From NCBI GenBank assembly GCA_034520625.1, contig JAXHNI010000009.1, positions 609,494 to 673,493 of the forward strand: a DNA stretch of 64,000 nt, given 5' to 3'. Made by a program: the position numbers and the translations under genes. The notes under the pieces are model-generated. The model was not told the origin of the DNA and searched no databases. It worked only from the letters and a program-made list of their open reading frames with translations. Positions 9,169 to 18,861 of the stretch are shown here, piece by piece. Origin of the DNA: Gammaproteobacteria bacterium. Its GTDB lineage: Bacteria; Pseudomonadota; Gammaproteobacteria; Arenicellales; JAANXG01. Numbering within the stretch: position 1 is the first letter of the stretch; the number at the start of each line of letters is the position of its first letter.

Positions 9169-9633
9169 CTACTCTGCCTCCGCGGACTTCAATGCGGAAA
9201 AAACCTTGTCCTTGTCATTCGCCTGCAACAATTCCTCCCGCAGATCCGCCCGGCTCAGGAGTCGTGCCAGGCTCGCCAGCACCTGAAGGTGGGCGTCGTT
9301 GGCGTTTTCCGGAACCAGAAGCCCGACAACGATGCGCACATCCTGGTTGTCCGGGGACTGGTAGTCGAGCGGCTCGCTCAGCGTGGCGAGGGCCAGGACC
9401 GCGTTGTCGATGTCCGCCATCCGGCCGTGGGGCAGCGCGACGCCGTCGCCGACGCCGGTGCTGCCCAGCCGCTCCCGTTCGATGAGCACCCGGAAAACGG
9501 CCTGCTCCTCGACGCCCGTCCGCCTGGCCAGCATGGAAGCGATGTGCTCCATCAGCCGTTTCTTGCTGGTGATCCGGCAGTCCAGGTCGACCCGGTCTGA
9601 GTCTATCAGGTCGGTGATGCGAACCTGCTCCAT
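9169..9633 (-). CDS. ptsN: PTS IIA-Ntr nitrogen regulatory protein
   Basis: 154 aa EIIA-fructose/mannitol-type domain with GVALPHG (phosphorylatable His). Canonical rpoN-hpf-ptsN order. Confidence 0.9.
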   Translation of the reverse strand: MEQVRITDLIDSDRVDLDCRITSKKRLMEHIASMLARRTGVEEQAVFRVLIERERLGSTGVGDGVALPHGRMADIDNAVLALATLSEPLDYQSPDNQDVRIVVGLLVPENANDAHLQVLASLARLLSRADLREELLQANDKDKVFSALKSAEAE

Positions 9634-9669
9634 AAGTGCTGTCTGTGTTATTGAGCCGTGGTAAGGCGT

Positions 9670-9993
9670 CTATTCGAACTGGTCTTTCAGCGCGCCGCCG
9701 TTCCTGTGGTGATCAGTGTGCCTCTCCTTTTGCTTCCTGACCTGGTTGTCCAGTTTGTCGATCATTGCGTCGATAGCGGCGTACATGTCATCGGCGTGGG
9801 CGTTGGCATGCAGCTTGGTGCCTTTAGCGGACACCGTCGCCTCGGCCCAGTGGCGGGACTTCTCGACATGCAGGACCACGTCGGAGCTGGATATATTGTC
9901 GAAATGCCTTTCTATGCGCTCCATCTTGGATTTGACGTAGTCTTTCAGGGCAGGGGTGATGTCCATATGCTGTCCGCTGATCGTGGTTTGCAT
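9670..9993 (-). CDS. hpf: Ribosome hibernation promoting factor (sigma-54 modulation protein)
   Basis: 107 aa; MQTTISGQHMDITPALKDYV is a typical HPF/YfiA N-terminus. It lies immediately downstream of rpoN. Confidence 0.9.
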   Translation of the reverse strand: MQTTISGQHMDITPALKDYVKSKMERIERHFDNISSSDVVLHVEKSRHWAEATVSAKGTKLHANAHADDMYAAIDAMIDKLDNQVRKQKERHTDHHRNGGALKDQFE

Positions 9994-10012
9994 GGCAATG
10001 CCTCATTGTTGG

Positions 10013-11428
10013 TTACAAAGTCTTGCGCTGGCTGGAGGGCGGGATGTTGAGAGCTTCCCGGTACTTGGCGACCGTGCGCCGGGCGACATTGATGCCTTCC
10101 TGGTTGAGCATCTGGGTCAGCCTGCTGTCGCTGTGGGGCTTGTTTTCCGGCTCCTCGTTGACCAGCTTGCGGATGCGCCACTGGATGGCGGTGGCCGAAG
10201 TCATGTCTCCGCTGCTGGTGCTCAACCCTGTTGAGAAAAAATACTTGAGCTCGAAGACGCCCCGGGGCGTGAGCATGTATTTGTTGGTGGTGGCGCGAGA
10301 TATCGTGGACTCGTGGAGCTCCAGGGCTTCGGATATGTCGTGCAGCACCAGGGGCTTCATGGCGGTTTCGCCGTGCTCGAGAAACTCGTGCTGCCGCTTG
10401 ACGATTTCCCGGGCCACGCGTAGCAGTGTCTCGTTGCGGTTCTCCAGGCTCTTGACCAGCCATCGCGCTTCCTGGAGCTGGTTCTGAATGTACTGGTGGT
10501 CGGTGGCGTGCTTGTCCTTCGCGATATCGCTGTACAGGTTGTTGACCCGGATGCGCGGCAGGGCCTCCGGGTTGAGCTCGACCCGCCAGCCGCTGTGGTC
10601 CTGGGTCACGATGATGTCCGGTATGACATAGTCGGGGGCGCTGGACGCAATCGACGTGCCCGGGCGCGGATTGAGGCTCTGGATCAGGTCCACCGCTGTG
10701 CGAATCCCGGCGTCGGTGCTGTTTGTCTTCCTGCGAAGCTGCGCCAGGTCGCGGGCACCGAGGCACTCGAGGTGTTCGTCCACGATGCGCATCGCCAGTG
10801 CGAGGCCCCGGGTTTCCGGTGCCAGCTGGTGAAGCTGGACGCGCAGGCATTCCTGAAGCGAGCGGGCGCCGACCCCGGCCGGGTCGTAGTTCTGAATCTG
10901 GTGGAGCACCGTCTCGATTTCGTCGTGGCCGGCTTCGACTTCGATGGATTGCCTGATCTCGTCAAGATCGCAGTCCAGATAGCCGTCGTCATTCACGGCG
11001 TCGATGATGGCATGGGCGATTTGCTGGTCTGTCGGCGAGAACGGTGTCAGCCTCATCTGCTCACGCAAATGATCCTTGAGCGACGGTGGCGCGCTGTTTC
11101 GCTGGTCGATGTCGAATGCAGTGCCGTCGTGGGATCGGATCTGCGAATTGGAATAGTAGGGTTCGGCGCCGTCGCCGGCATCGTCGTCGGCGAGTCCGGT
11201 GGTGTAGTCATCCGCCACCGCGTCGGAGGTGCTTTCTTCCTCCGGGCCGGTTTCCTCCCTTTCCTCCGTGTTGTCTTCGGCTTCCTCCAGGAGCGGGTTC
11301 TGTTCCAGCGCTTCCTGCATTTCCTGGCGCAGATCCATGGCGGAAAGCTGCAACAGCTTGATGGCCTGCTGCAGCTGGGGTGTCAGAGCGAGCCGTTGGC
11401 CTAGTTTGAGCTCTAAAGACTGTCTCAT
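10013..11428 (-). CDS. rpoN: RNA polymerase sigma-54 factor
   Basis: 471 aa with the N-terminal Gln/Leu-rich region I (LTPQLQQAIKLLQLS), an acidic region II, and a C-terminal RpoN box (ARRTVAKYR). Confidence 0.95.
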   Translation of the reverse strand: MRQSLELKLGQRLALTPQLQQAIKLLQLSAMDLRQEMQEALEQNPLLEEAEDNTEEREETGPEEESTSDAVADDYTTGLADDDAGDGAEPYYSNSQIRSHDGTAFDIDQRNSAPPSLKDHLREQMRLTPFSPTDQQIAHAIIDAVNDDGYLDCDLDEIRQSIEVEAGHDEIETVLHQIQNYDPAGVGARSLQECLRVQLHQLAPETRGLALAMRIVDEHLECLGARDLAQLRRKTNSTDAGIRTAVDLIQSLNPRPGTSIASSAPDYVIPDIIVTQDHSGWRVELNPEALPRIRVNNLYSDIAKDKHATDHQYIQNQLQEARWLVKSLENRNETLLRVAREIVKRQHEFLEHGETAMKPLVLHDISEALELHESTISRATTNKYMLTPRGVFELKYFFSTGLSTSSGDMTSATAIQWRIRKLVNEEPENKPHSDSRLTQMLNQEGINVARRTVAKYREALNIPPSSQRKTL

Positions 11429-11526
11429 GAATAATCATTCGTGATGAAATCGACACGGCTGTCAACAAGTTTCGCTCGATTTCCGCGGAGCCCCGTCAGG
11501 TTCGGTTGTCCATCCGGTACTGAATC

Positions 11527-11535
11527 ATTCTAGCA
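11527..11535 (-). promoter_or_regulatory. Candidate extended -10 promoter (TGCTAGAAT) upstream of rpoN
   Basis: Minus strand reads GTCTGCTAGAAT in the lptB-rpoN gap, about 95 nt upstream of the rpoN ATG. The identical 13-mer lies upstream of the tRNA-Arg gene at 48955-48967. Confidence 0.45.
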
Positions 11536-11554
11536 GACATTATGGATTCGGAAA

Positions 11555-12280
11555 TTACAGCCGGAAGTTCTCACCAAGGTATACCTGCCTGACATCCGGG
11601 TTCACCACGATTTCCTGGGGAGAGCCGGCCGCGAACACCCGGCCTTCCGTAAGGATGTAGGCGCGGTCGCAGATGCCGAGGGTCTCCTGCACGTTGTGAT
11701 CGGTGATCAGTACGCCGATGCCCTGGTCGCGCAGGTAGGCGATGATGTTCTGAATATCGCCGACGGAAATCGGATCGATGCCTGCGAACGGTTCGTCCAG
11801 GAGGATGAACTGCGGGTTAATGGACAGCGCCCGCGCGATCTCGACGCGGCGCCGCTCGCCGCCGGACAGGCTGATGCCCAGCGCATCGCGCTTGTGGGAG
11901 ATGCCGAACGCCTCCAGCAGCTCCGATACACGGTGGCGGATCTCATCCCGGTCCAGGTCCGGCTGGACCTCCAGTACCGCCGTGATGTTGTCTTCGACGG
12001 TGAGCCGCCTGAACACTGAGGGTTCCTGAGGGAGGTAGCCGATGCCCAGCCGGGCCCGCTCGTGCATGGGCAGATCCGAAATACGGTAGTCGTCCAGGAA
12101 AATCTCGCCGCTGTCCCGGCGTATGAGCCCCACTACCATGTAAAAGCACGTGGTTTTCCCGGCGCCGTTCGGACCCAGCAGTCCGACTACTTCATTGGTG
12201 TTGACCTCGACGTTGACATGGTCGACAACCTGCAGGCCCTTGTATCCCTTGCAAAGGTCCCTGGTTTCCAGCTTGCTCAT
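11555..12280 (-). CDS. lptB: LPS export ABC transporter ATP-binding protein
   Basis: 241 aa with Walker [10 protein letters not shown] and signature [15 protein letters not shown]. Canonical lptC-lptA-lptB-rpoN order. Confidence 0.95.
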   Translation of the reverse strand: MSKLETRDLCKGYKGLQVVDHVNVEVNTNEVVGLLGPNGAGKTTCFYMVVGLIRRDSGEIFLDDYRISDLPMHERARLGIGYLPQEPSVFRRLTVEDNITAVLEVQPDLDRDEIRHRVSELLEAFGISHKRDALGISLSGGERRRVEIARALSINPQFILLDEPFAGIDPISVGDIQNIIAYLRDQGIGVLITDHNVQETLGICDRAYILTEGRVFAAGSPQEIVVNPDVRQVYLGENFRL

Positions 12281-12933
12281 TCAGTGCCCTGGTCGGCCCC
12301 GGATGTATCGTCGAGCGCCTGCCCGGATTCCGACGACGCCGCGTCCCCACCCGCGGCGTCGGTGGACGCGCCGGAGCCAGTCGATTGCTGCTCCGTCGGG
12401 GAGATGGTGACCCTGGCGCGGCCGTCCGTGGTTTCGGGCTCCGCGTCCTCACCGTCCCCGGTCTCCGCCTGCTGCTGGCGCGCCATGCCCTTGACCGTCA
12501 TCTTGTCGGTGGTCATGTCGTATACGATCGTCTTGCCCCGGGCGGTATTCCCCGCCTGTGTCATCAAGGCGTTCTCGATGAGCGTCAGGGTGTTCTCAAT
12601 CTCGTCGAGGACGATCTCGTTGCCTTCGCCGTATACGTCCTCGTCCTTGCCTTCCGGGCGCTGTTTGAAGGTCGCCGGGTTTCCCCAGGAAGTCGCCGAT
12701 TCGATCTGGTCCTCCTGTTCCCCGTACTGCACCACGAGCTTGTCGCCGGTGATGCGCAGGGTACCCTGAACCACCACCACGTCCCCCTTGTAGGTCCGGG
12801 TGCCGGTGCGAAAATCGAATTCGACTTCGTCGGCCTCGATAGTGGCGGGCTGGCTGTTGTCGGACTCCAGCGCAAGCGCCGCGGGCGCGCTGAGTAGCAG
12901 GGTCGTTATCAATGTTACTGTCGAATAGCGCAT
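12277..12933 (-). CDS. lptA: LPS transport periplasmic protein LptA with an acidic low-complexity C-terminal tail
   Basis: Signal peptide [21 protein letters not shown] followed by an OstA-like fold ([26 protein letters not shown]). Start placed at ATG 12933, just after the lptC stop at 12938. The stop overlaps the lptB ATG. Confidence 0.85.
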   Translation of the reverse strand: MRYSTVTLITTLLLSAPAALALESDNSQPATIEADEVEFDFRTGTRTYKGDVVVVQGTLRITGDKLVVQYGEQEDQIESATSWGNPATFKQRPEGKDEDVYGEGNEIVLDEIENTLTLIENALMTQAGNTARGKTIVYDMTTDKMTVKGMARQQQAETGDGEDAEPETTDGRARVTISPTEQQSTGSGASTDAAGGDAASSESGQALDDTSGADQGTE

Positions 12934-12937
12934 CTGT

Positions 12938-13423
12938 TCACCCTGAAGAGTCTTTATCTTGGTCAAGATCTTGGTCAAGCAGCACGCGCAGCTTGTCCGT
13001 GGTCAGCACGCCCCCGCCGGTGTTCTCGGCGTCGCTGTCCTCGGGCGCCCGCCCCTGCACGACCCGCACGTTCCCGGTGAGGAGAACCTCATTGCCGTCC
13101 GGCCCCATCCAGCCGGATTCGGAGTAGCTGTGCCTCGGCGCGAGCCCGGGCTCGTACTGAATGATATGCGGATAGTCCAGCAACGCGGTGTCGTCGTCCG
13201 GGTAGTGAACCATGCGCTCGGCCTCCAGCACGTACTTCCGCCTGCCGCCCTCGTCCATGCCGATGGCGGTGAAATTCTCCATGTAATAGTCTGGATCGTG
13301 GCGCTCGTCGCCGTCGAACTTCTCGACGCTCTGCTGCTCGATGATTCCGAACTGAAGCCAGACACTGAGCAGGCCCAGGCAGGCGAACACCGTGATATAG
13401 ACGATCTTTTCCAGGAACTTCAT
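12938..13423 (-). CDS. lptC: LPS export system protein LptC
   Basis: 161 aa with an N-terminal membrane anchor and an LptC-type beta-jellyroll region. Positioned between kdsC and lptA, with a 4-nt overlap with kdsC. Confidence 0.8.
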   Translation of the reverse strand: MKFLEKIVYITVFACLGLLSVWLQFGIIEQQSVEKFDGDERHDPDYYMENFTAIGMDEGGRRKYVLEAERMVHYPDDDTALLDYPHIIQYEPGLAPRHSYSESGWMGPDGNEVLLTGNVRVVQGRAPEDSDAENTGGGVLTTDKLRVLLDQDLDQDKDSSG

Positions 13424-13992
13424 GGCGCCGGGGACAACGTCGTGAACTGATCCATGATAGCGTCAAATTTTTCCTGTGCATACAACACGGCGTCGCAGAC
13501 TTCCCGCGCCGCACCGCGGCCGCCTCCGGACGGCGTGACCCAGCCGGCGACGTGGCGAACGGTGTGGTGGGCGTCCGCCACCGCCACGCCCAGCCCGCAC
13601 CGGAGGAGGACCGGGATATCCACCAGGTCGTCGCCGACGAAGCAGCATTGCGACTCGTCCAGCGCGCAATTCTTCACCAGGGAGCGGAACACCCGGGTCT
13701 TGTCCGCCGCACCGGTCTCCACATGGTTGATGCCGAGCTCCCGGGCGCGGATGGTGAGGGCGCGTGAGCTCCGGGCGCTGAGGATGGCCACGACCACGTC
13801 GTTGTCCTGCAGCGACTTGATGCCCTGCCCGTCACGTATGTTGAATGTCTGGTACTCGCCGCCGTCCGGTCCGTAGGTGACGGAGCCGTCGGTCAACACG
13901 CCGTCGACGTCGAAGACCACCAGTTTCACGGCGCGCGCTTTCTCGATCACGTCCTCCGGAAGGGAGAACGGAAGGGGCCATACTTGTGACAT
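13420..13992 (-). CDS. kdsC: 3-deoxy-D-manno-octulosonate 8-phosphate phosphatase
   Basis: HAD motif VVFDVDGVLTDG plus GDDLVDIPV. Start placed at ATG 13992, which overlaps the kdsD TGA (TGATG). The upstream 60 codons of the track ORF are Arg/His-rich junk. Confidence 0.9.
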   Translation of the reverse strand: MSQVWPLPFSLPEDVIEKARAVKLVVFDVDGVLTDGSVTYGPDGGEYQTFNIRDGQGIKSLQDNDVVVAILSARSSRALTIRARELGINHVETGAADKTRVFRSLVKNCALDESQCCFVGDDLVDIPVLLRCGLGVAVADAHHTVRHVAGWVTPSGGGRGAAREVCDAVLYAQEKFDAIMDQFTTLSPAP

Positions 13993-14993
13993 CAGACTAC
14001 TCCCGCCCGCAGCAGGTCGTGCATGTTCAGCGCTCCTTCGACGCGGTGGTCGCCGGAAACCACGAAGATGCCGTTGATGGACTGCGTGCGCATCAGTGTG
14101 ACCACTTCGGCGGCCAGCATGTCCGTGTCGACGGTAACGGGGTCGCGGGTCATCACGTCGCGGATGGGGCACTGGTTCAATTCGATGGGTTTGTTGAGCG
14201 TGCGGCGCAGGTCGCCGTCGGTGAATACCCCCACCAGGCGCCCGTCCGAATCCACCACCCCGGTCATGCCCAGGTGCTTGCCGCTCATTTCCAGCAGGGC
14301 GTCCCGGACCGCGTCGTCTTCCTGCACGAGCGGAACGTCGGTGCCGGAGTGCATGATGTCCCGGACGTAAAGCAGCAGCCGGCGGCCCAGCACGCCGCCC
14401 GGATGGGAGCGGGCGAAGTCCTCAGCCGTGAAGCCCCGGGCCTGGAGAACCGCCACCGCCAGGGCGTCGCCCATGGCCAGCGTGGTGCTGGTGCTGGTGG
14501 TGGGAGACAGATTGAGCGGGCACGCTTCCTTGCTGACGCTCACGTCGAGAAGTGCATCCGACTGCCTGGCCACCGTGGAATCCGTGTTGCCGCAAAGCGC
14601 CACGAGCTTGACACCCATACGCTTGATGATCGGCAGAATGGTCAGGATTTCCGGCGTTTCGCCGGAGTTGGACGCCGCGATCATCAGGTCCGCCGGCGTA
14701 ATCATGCCGAGGTCCCCGTGGCTGGCTTCACCGGGATGCACGAAGAACGCCGGCGTGCCGGTGCTGGCCAGGGTGGAGGCGATTTTCCCGGCAATATGGC
14801 CCGACTTGCCGATGCCCACCACGACGACGCGACCCTGGCAGTCCAGTATCAGCCGGCAGGCGCGCTCGAAATTCTCGTCGAGGCGCCCCGCGAGCTCCGC
14901 GATGGCGCGGGATTCCGCCTCTACGACGGCGCGCCCGGTCTCGACCAGGGGCGGCGGCCCGGAGGATTTCACTTTGGAGGGTGTGGCGCTCAT
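13992..14993 (-). CDS. kdsD: Arabinose-5-phosphate isomerase (SIS + tandem CBS)
   Basis: SIS domain (VVVVGIGKSGHIAGKIASTLASTG) plus C-terminal CBS pair. ATG 14993 is preferred; an alternative GTG lies at 15059. Confidence 0.9.
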   Translation of the reverse strand: MSATPSKVKSSGPPPLVETGRAVVEAESRAIAELAGRLDENFERACRLILDCQGRVVVVGIGKSGHIAGKIASTLASTGTPAFFVHPGEASHGDLGMITPADLMIAASNSGETPEILTILPIIKRMGVKLVALCGNTDSTVARQSDALLDVSVSKEACPLNLSPTTSTSTTLAMGDALAVAVLQARGFTAEDFARSHPGGVLGRRLLLYVRDIMHSGTDVPLVQEDDAVRDALLEMSGKHLGMTGVVDSDGRLVGVFTDGDLRRTLNKPIELNQCPIRDVMTRDPVTVDTDMLAAEVVTLMRTQSINGIFVVSGDHRVEGALNMHDLLRAGVV

Positions 14994-15104
14994 TGGCCGC
15001 GAGTATAGCGTAGCACCGGGCCCTGCGGCAGGCTCCCGGCCGAGCTCCGCGCCAACCACCCGCGCCTCGAGCGTTTGGTCCGGACGCCGGTGCGCAGATT
15101 CCGG

Positions 15105-16076
15105 TCAGCCCGGAACGCTGGATCCCACGTACGCCAGGTAGGCTGCGTACCCCGCGAGGAACAACAGGCCGTGCAAGCGGGTGATTCGCCGGTATGCCCA
15201 GGCCAGCAGGATGAACAGCGCGAACAGCGTGATCATCACCGGCCAGTCCCGGTAGACGGCCGCGGATTCCACCGCCGAGGGATGGACGGTTCCGGCAATA
15301 CCGACGACTCCAAACATGTTGAAGGTGTTCGATCCCAGCACGTTGCCGATCGCGATATCGGGCTCGTTCCGCCGCGCGCTGGCCAGCGCGGCGGCCGCCT
15401 CCGGCAGGCTGGTGCCGATGGCAACGATGGTCAGCCCGATCACGAGCTCGCTGATATTGAATACGTGGGCGATGGCCACGGCCCCCACCACCAGGATATG
15501 TGAGCTGATGAGCAGCACCACCAGGCCGATGACCGTCCAGAATACCGACCGGCCGACCGGCTCCGTCGCCGGTATCACGTGCTCCAGCTCCTTCCCCAGG
15601 GCGTCGCCGCGCTCCCGGTGACCCCGGACGACGAGCACCACCAGGAAAAGGCCCAGGAAGCAGAGCATCAGGACCGATTCCGTGCGGTCCAGCACCAGGT
15701 CGTAGAGCGCCGCGCCGACCACCAGCATGGAGACCAGTGTGAACGGCACTTCCTGCCACAGGATGCGCGAGCGGATCGCGAGGGGGGCGGCCAGGGCCGC
15801 TACGCCGAGCACCAGGGCGACGTTGGCAATGTTGGATCCCAGGGCGTTGCCCACGGCGAGCCCCGGGTTGCCCTGCCATGCCGCGTTGGCGGACACCAGC
15901 AGCTCCGGGGCCGAGGTGCCGAAGCCGACGACAACGATGCCTACGAGCAGCACCGACACCCCCATCGAGCGCGCCAGTGCGCCCGCCCCGGCGACGAACC
16001 GGTCCGCGCTCCAGGCCAGCGCCACCAGGCCGCCGATGACGTAGATGAAGGGAAGTATGATGGGATTGCCGGACAT
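15105..16076 (-). CDS. yrbG: CaCA-family Na+/Ca2+ exchanger (YrbG-like)
   Basis: 323 aa starting at MSGNPIILPF, with two alpha-repeat motifs (GTSAPELLVS and GTSLPEAAAA). The upstream 291 codons of the 614-aa track ORF are the antisense shadow of mlaF. Confidence 0.85.
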   Translation of the reverse strand: MSGNPIILPFIYVIGGLVALAWSADRFVAGAGALARSMGVSVLLVGIVVVGFGTSAPELLVSANAAWQGNPGLAVGNALGSNIANVALVLGVAALAAPLAIRSRILWQEVPFTLVSMLVVGAALYDLVLDRTESVLMLCFLGLFLVVLVVRGHRERGDALGKELEHVIPATEPVGRSVFWTVIGLVVLLISSHILVVGAVAIAHVFNISELVIGLTIVAIGTSLPEAAAALASARRNEPDIAIGNVLGSNTFNMFGVVGIAGTVHPSAVESAAVYRDWPVMITLFALFILLAWAYRRITRLHGLLFLAGYAAYLAYVGSSVPG

Positions 16077-16136
16077 TCCAGTCAGTTCGTTCGGTATATT
16101 GGGTTGACAGATCGCGTCCTGCAACGCGGGCCGCTC

Positions 16137-16145
16137 TGATAGAAT
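16137..16145 (+). promoter_or_regulatory. Candidate extended -10 promoter (TGATAGAAT) for mlaFEDCB
   Basis: CTCTGATAGAATCGCC lies 48 nt upstream of the mlaF ATG. It shares TAGAATCGCC with the tRNA-Arg upstream site. Confidence 0.45.
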
Positions 16146-16193
16146 CGCCGTTCTTTTTCGCGGCCCAAGGCCGCCCGCCGGCCCGGACCACTC

Positions 16194-16997
16194 ATGAGCG
16201 AACCCCTGCTGCAAATCAAAGACGTATATTTCTCGTTCGGCGAGACCGAGATCTATCGTGGCCTGGATCTGACGGTTCACAAGGGCCGGATCGCGGCGAT
16301 CATTGGTCCCAGCGGCTGCGGGAAATCCACGTTGTTGAATTTCGTTGGGGGACGATTGTATCCGAATTCGGGCTCGGTGATCTGTGATGGTGTCGCCGTG
16401 AACACACTGCGGCGCAAGGCATTGTTCGATCTGCGCAGGCGCCTGGGCATGATGTTCCAGGCCAGCGCCCTGCTCACGGACTTCTCCGTGTTCGAGAATG
16501 TGGCCTTTCCCATACGCCAGAATACCGACCTGTCCGACGCCCTCATCCGGCACGTGGTGTTGATGAAGCTGGAAATGGTGGGCCTGCGGGGGGCCCGGGA
16601 CCTGATGCCGGCCGAGCTGTCCGGCGGCATGGCGCGGCGTGTGGCGCTGGCCCGGGCCATTGCCATGGACCCGCTGCTGGTGATGTACGACGAGCCGTTC
16701 ACCGGCCTGGACCCCATTTCGATGGGGGTGATCGTCAAGCTGATCCGGGAGATCAACGATACCCTGGGCATGACCTCCCTGGTGGTCACCCACGATGTGC
16801 GCGAGGCCTGCACTATCGCGGACTACATGTATCTGCTGGGCGACGGGCGAGTGGTCGCCGAAGGCACGCCGGACGAAATGCTGGAATCCGAGGAGCCCGA
16901 CGTACGGCAGTTCATGAACGGTCTGCCGGACGGTCCGGTCCGCTACCACTATCCGGCGCCCGACTATGCGGACGACTTCCTGAAGGATTCGGCATGA
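16194..16997 (+). CDS. mlaF: Phospholipid ABC transporter ATP-binding protein
   Basis: Walker [10 protein letters not shown] and signature [14 protein letters not shown]. First gene of a five-gene mla block with overlapping junctions. Confidence 0.9.
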   Translation: MSEPLLQIKDVYFSFGETEIYRGLDLTVHKGRIAAIIGPSGCGKSTLLNFVGGRLYPNSGSVICDGVAVNTLRRKALFDLRRRLGMMFQASALLTDFSVFENVAFPIRQNTDLSDALIRHVVLMKLEMVGLRGARDLMPAELSGGMARRVALARAIAMDPLLVMYDEPFTGLDPISMGVIVKLIREINDTLGMTSLVVTHDVREACTIADYMYLLGDGRVVAEGTPDEMLESEEPDVRQFMNGLPDGPVRYHYPAPDYADDFLKDSA

Positions 16998-17767
16998 ATG
17001 CGATTCAACGACTGGGCGCCTGGACGTTGGACAGCATCGCTCGCTGGGGGCGTGCGGCCATATTCCTGGGACGAATCCTGGCCGGGTTCCCCTGGGTCCT
17101 GGGCCGATTCGGCCTCGTGGTCCAGCAGATCTTCTCCGTCGGAGTGCTGACCCTGGTTATTATCGTGGTGTCGGGCCTGTTCGTGGGCATGGTGCTGGGG
17201 CTGCAGGGCTATAATACGCTGGTGGATTTCGGCGCCGAGACCTCCCTGGGTCTGCTGGTGGCGCTGTCCCTCACCCGGGAGCTCGGCCCGGTCCTGACGG
17301 CCCTGCTGTTCGCCGGACGGGCCGGTTCCGCTCTCACCGCGGAGATCGGCCTGATGAAGGCCACCGAGCAGCTCGCAGCCATGGAGATGATGGCCGTTGA
17401 TCCGATCAACCGCGTGGTGGCGCCCCGGTTCCTGGCCGGTATCATCGCCATGCCGCTGCTGGCCGCCCTGTTCACGGCGGTTGGTGTCTGCGGCGGGTAC
17501 CTGGTGGGCGTGTCGCTGCTGGGGGTGGACAGCGGCGTCTACTGGTCCGCGATGCAGGACGGCGTGGACCTGTATGCAGACATCTTGAATGGGGTCATCA
17601 AGAGCCTGGTATTCGGCTTTGTGGTGACCTGGATAGCCGTATTCGAGGGCCATGACGCCACCCCGACATCCGCGGGCGTCAGCCGCGCGACGACGCGAAC
17701 CGTTGTTAATGCATCGTTGTCGGTGCTGGCGCTTGACTTCATCTTGACATCGCTAATGTTTGACTGA
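16994..17767 (+). CDS. mlaE: Phospholipid ABC transporter permease
   Basis: 257 aa polytopic MlaE/YrbE-type permease ([26 protein letters not shown]). Confidence 0.9.
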   Translation: MNAIQRLGAWTLDSIARWGRAAIFLGRILAGFPWVLGRFGLVVQQIFSVGVLTLVIIVVSGLFVGMVLGLQGYNTLVDFGAETSLGLLVALSLTRELGPVLTALLFAGRAGSALTAEIGLMKATEQLAAMEMMAVDPINRVVAPRFLAGIIAMPLLAALFTAVGVCGGYLVGVSLLGVDSGVYWSAMQDGVDLYADILNGVIKSLVFGFVVTWIAVFEGHDATPTSAGVSRATTRTVVNASLSVLALDFILTSLMFD

Positions 17768-17776
17768 AGGCCGCAT

Positions 17777-18244
17777 ATGAAAAACAAGGGCATTCTGGAG
17801 TTCTGGGTCGGGTTGTTCGTGGTCGCGGGAATCGCGGCGCTGGGCTTTCTCGCGTTTCAGGTCGGCGGGTTCTCCGGCAACGAGTTTGGCGACACGTACA
17901 AGGTAAAGGCCCGGTTCAGCAACGTGGGCGGGCTGACCAGCAAGGCGCCGGTGAACATGGCGGGCGTGCGCATAGGGCGTGTGTCCTCCATCAGCATCGA
18001 TCCCAACAACTACGACGCGGTGGTGGAAATGAGCATCGGCGAGCAGTACGACAATCTGCCCATGGATACCAGCGCATCGATCCTGACCCAGGGGCTGCTC
18101 GGCTCGCAGTATGTCGGCCTGGAGCCCGGGGGGGATGACCTGCACCTCGAAGACGGCGACGAAATCACACTGACACAATCCGCGGTGGTGCTGGAACAGC
18201 TCATCAGCCAGATGCTGTTCAGCCGAGCGGAAGGAGACGAGTAA
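17777..18244 (+). CDS. mlaD: Outer membrane lipid asymmetry protein MlaD (MCE domain)
   Basis: 155 aa with an N-terminal TM helix and an MCE domain (YKVKARFSNVGGLTSKAPVNMAGVRIGRV). Confidence 0.9.
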   Translation: MKNKGILEFWVGLFVVAGIAALGFLAFQVGGFSGNEFGDTYKVKARFSNVGGLTSKAPVNMAGVRIGRVSSISIDPNNYDAVVEMSIGEQYDNLPMDTSASILTQGLLGSQYVGLEPGGDDLHLEDGDEITLTQSAVVLEQLISQMLFSRAEGDE

Positions 18245-18861
18245 TGAAACGACTTTTCGTGACCCTGTGCCTGTCCGCGGGCCTGGCCGCCGGGGCGCTG
18301 GTGGCCAGGGCGGCCACGCCCCCCGACGAGCTGGTCCGCCAGACCGCGGACGAGGTAATTTCCCAGCTCACCGCGAACCGGGAAGTACTGGAGAAAGATC
18401 CCGAGAAACTGTACGAGATGGTCAACGATATCGTGCTGCCGCACTTCGACTTCGAGCGCATGTCCCGGTTCGTGCTGGGCAAGCACTGGCGGGACGCGAC
18501 GCCCGGGCAGCAGGAGAAGTTCGTGACCGAGTTCAAGTCCCTGCTGGTTCGCACCTATGCCACTGCCCTGTTCGAATACACCGGCCAGGAGATTGTTTAC
18601 AAGCCGTTCCGCCACGAGGAGGGCGACAAGAAGGCCGTCGTCAAGACCGAGATTCAACCCGCGGACGGGCCGGCGATTCCCATCGAGTACGCATTGGCGC
18701 AGCGGGGCGATGAGTGGAAGGTTTTCGATGTCCGCATTGAGGGTCTGAGCCTGGTGACCAATTACCGGTCGCAGTACGGGCGAATCGTACAGAGCGAGGG
18801 AGTGGACGAGCTGATTGCATCGCTGGCCGAGAAGAACGAGCGATTGATGAGCGAGCAGTGA
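18244..18861 (+). CDS. mlaC: Periplasmic phospholipid-binding protein MlaC
   Basis: 205 aa with a signal peptide and a Tgt2/MlaC toluene-tolerance fold (PHFDFERMSRFVLGKHWR). Confidence 0.85.
   Translation: MKRLFVTLCLSAGLAAGALVARAATPPDELVRQTADEVISQLTANREVLEKDPEKLYEMVNDIVLPHFDFERMSRFVLGKHWRDATPGQQEKFVTEFKSLLVRTYATALFEYTGQEIVYKPFRHEEGDKKAVVKTEIQPADGPAIPIEYALAQRGDEWKVFDVRIEGLSLVTNYRSQYGRIVQSEGVDELIASLAEKNERLMSEQ

Noticed and set aside
15105-16949. 614-aa minus-strand ORF suggesting a large fusion protein
   Set aside because: Only the C-terminal 323 aa (from MSGNPIILPF at 16076) form the CaCA exchanger. The N-terminal 291 aa are the antisense shadow of mlaF and span the divergent promoter region.
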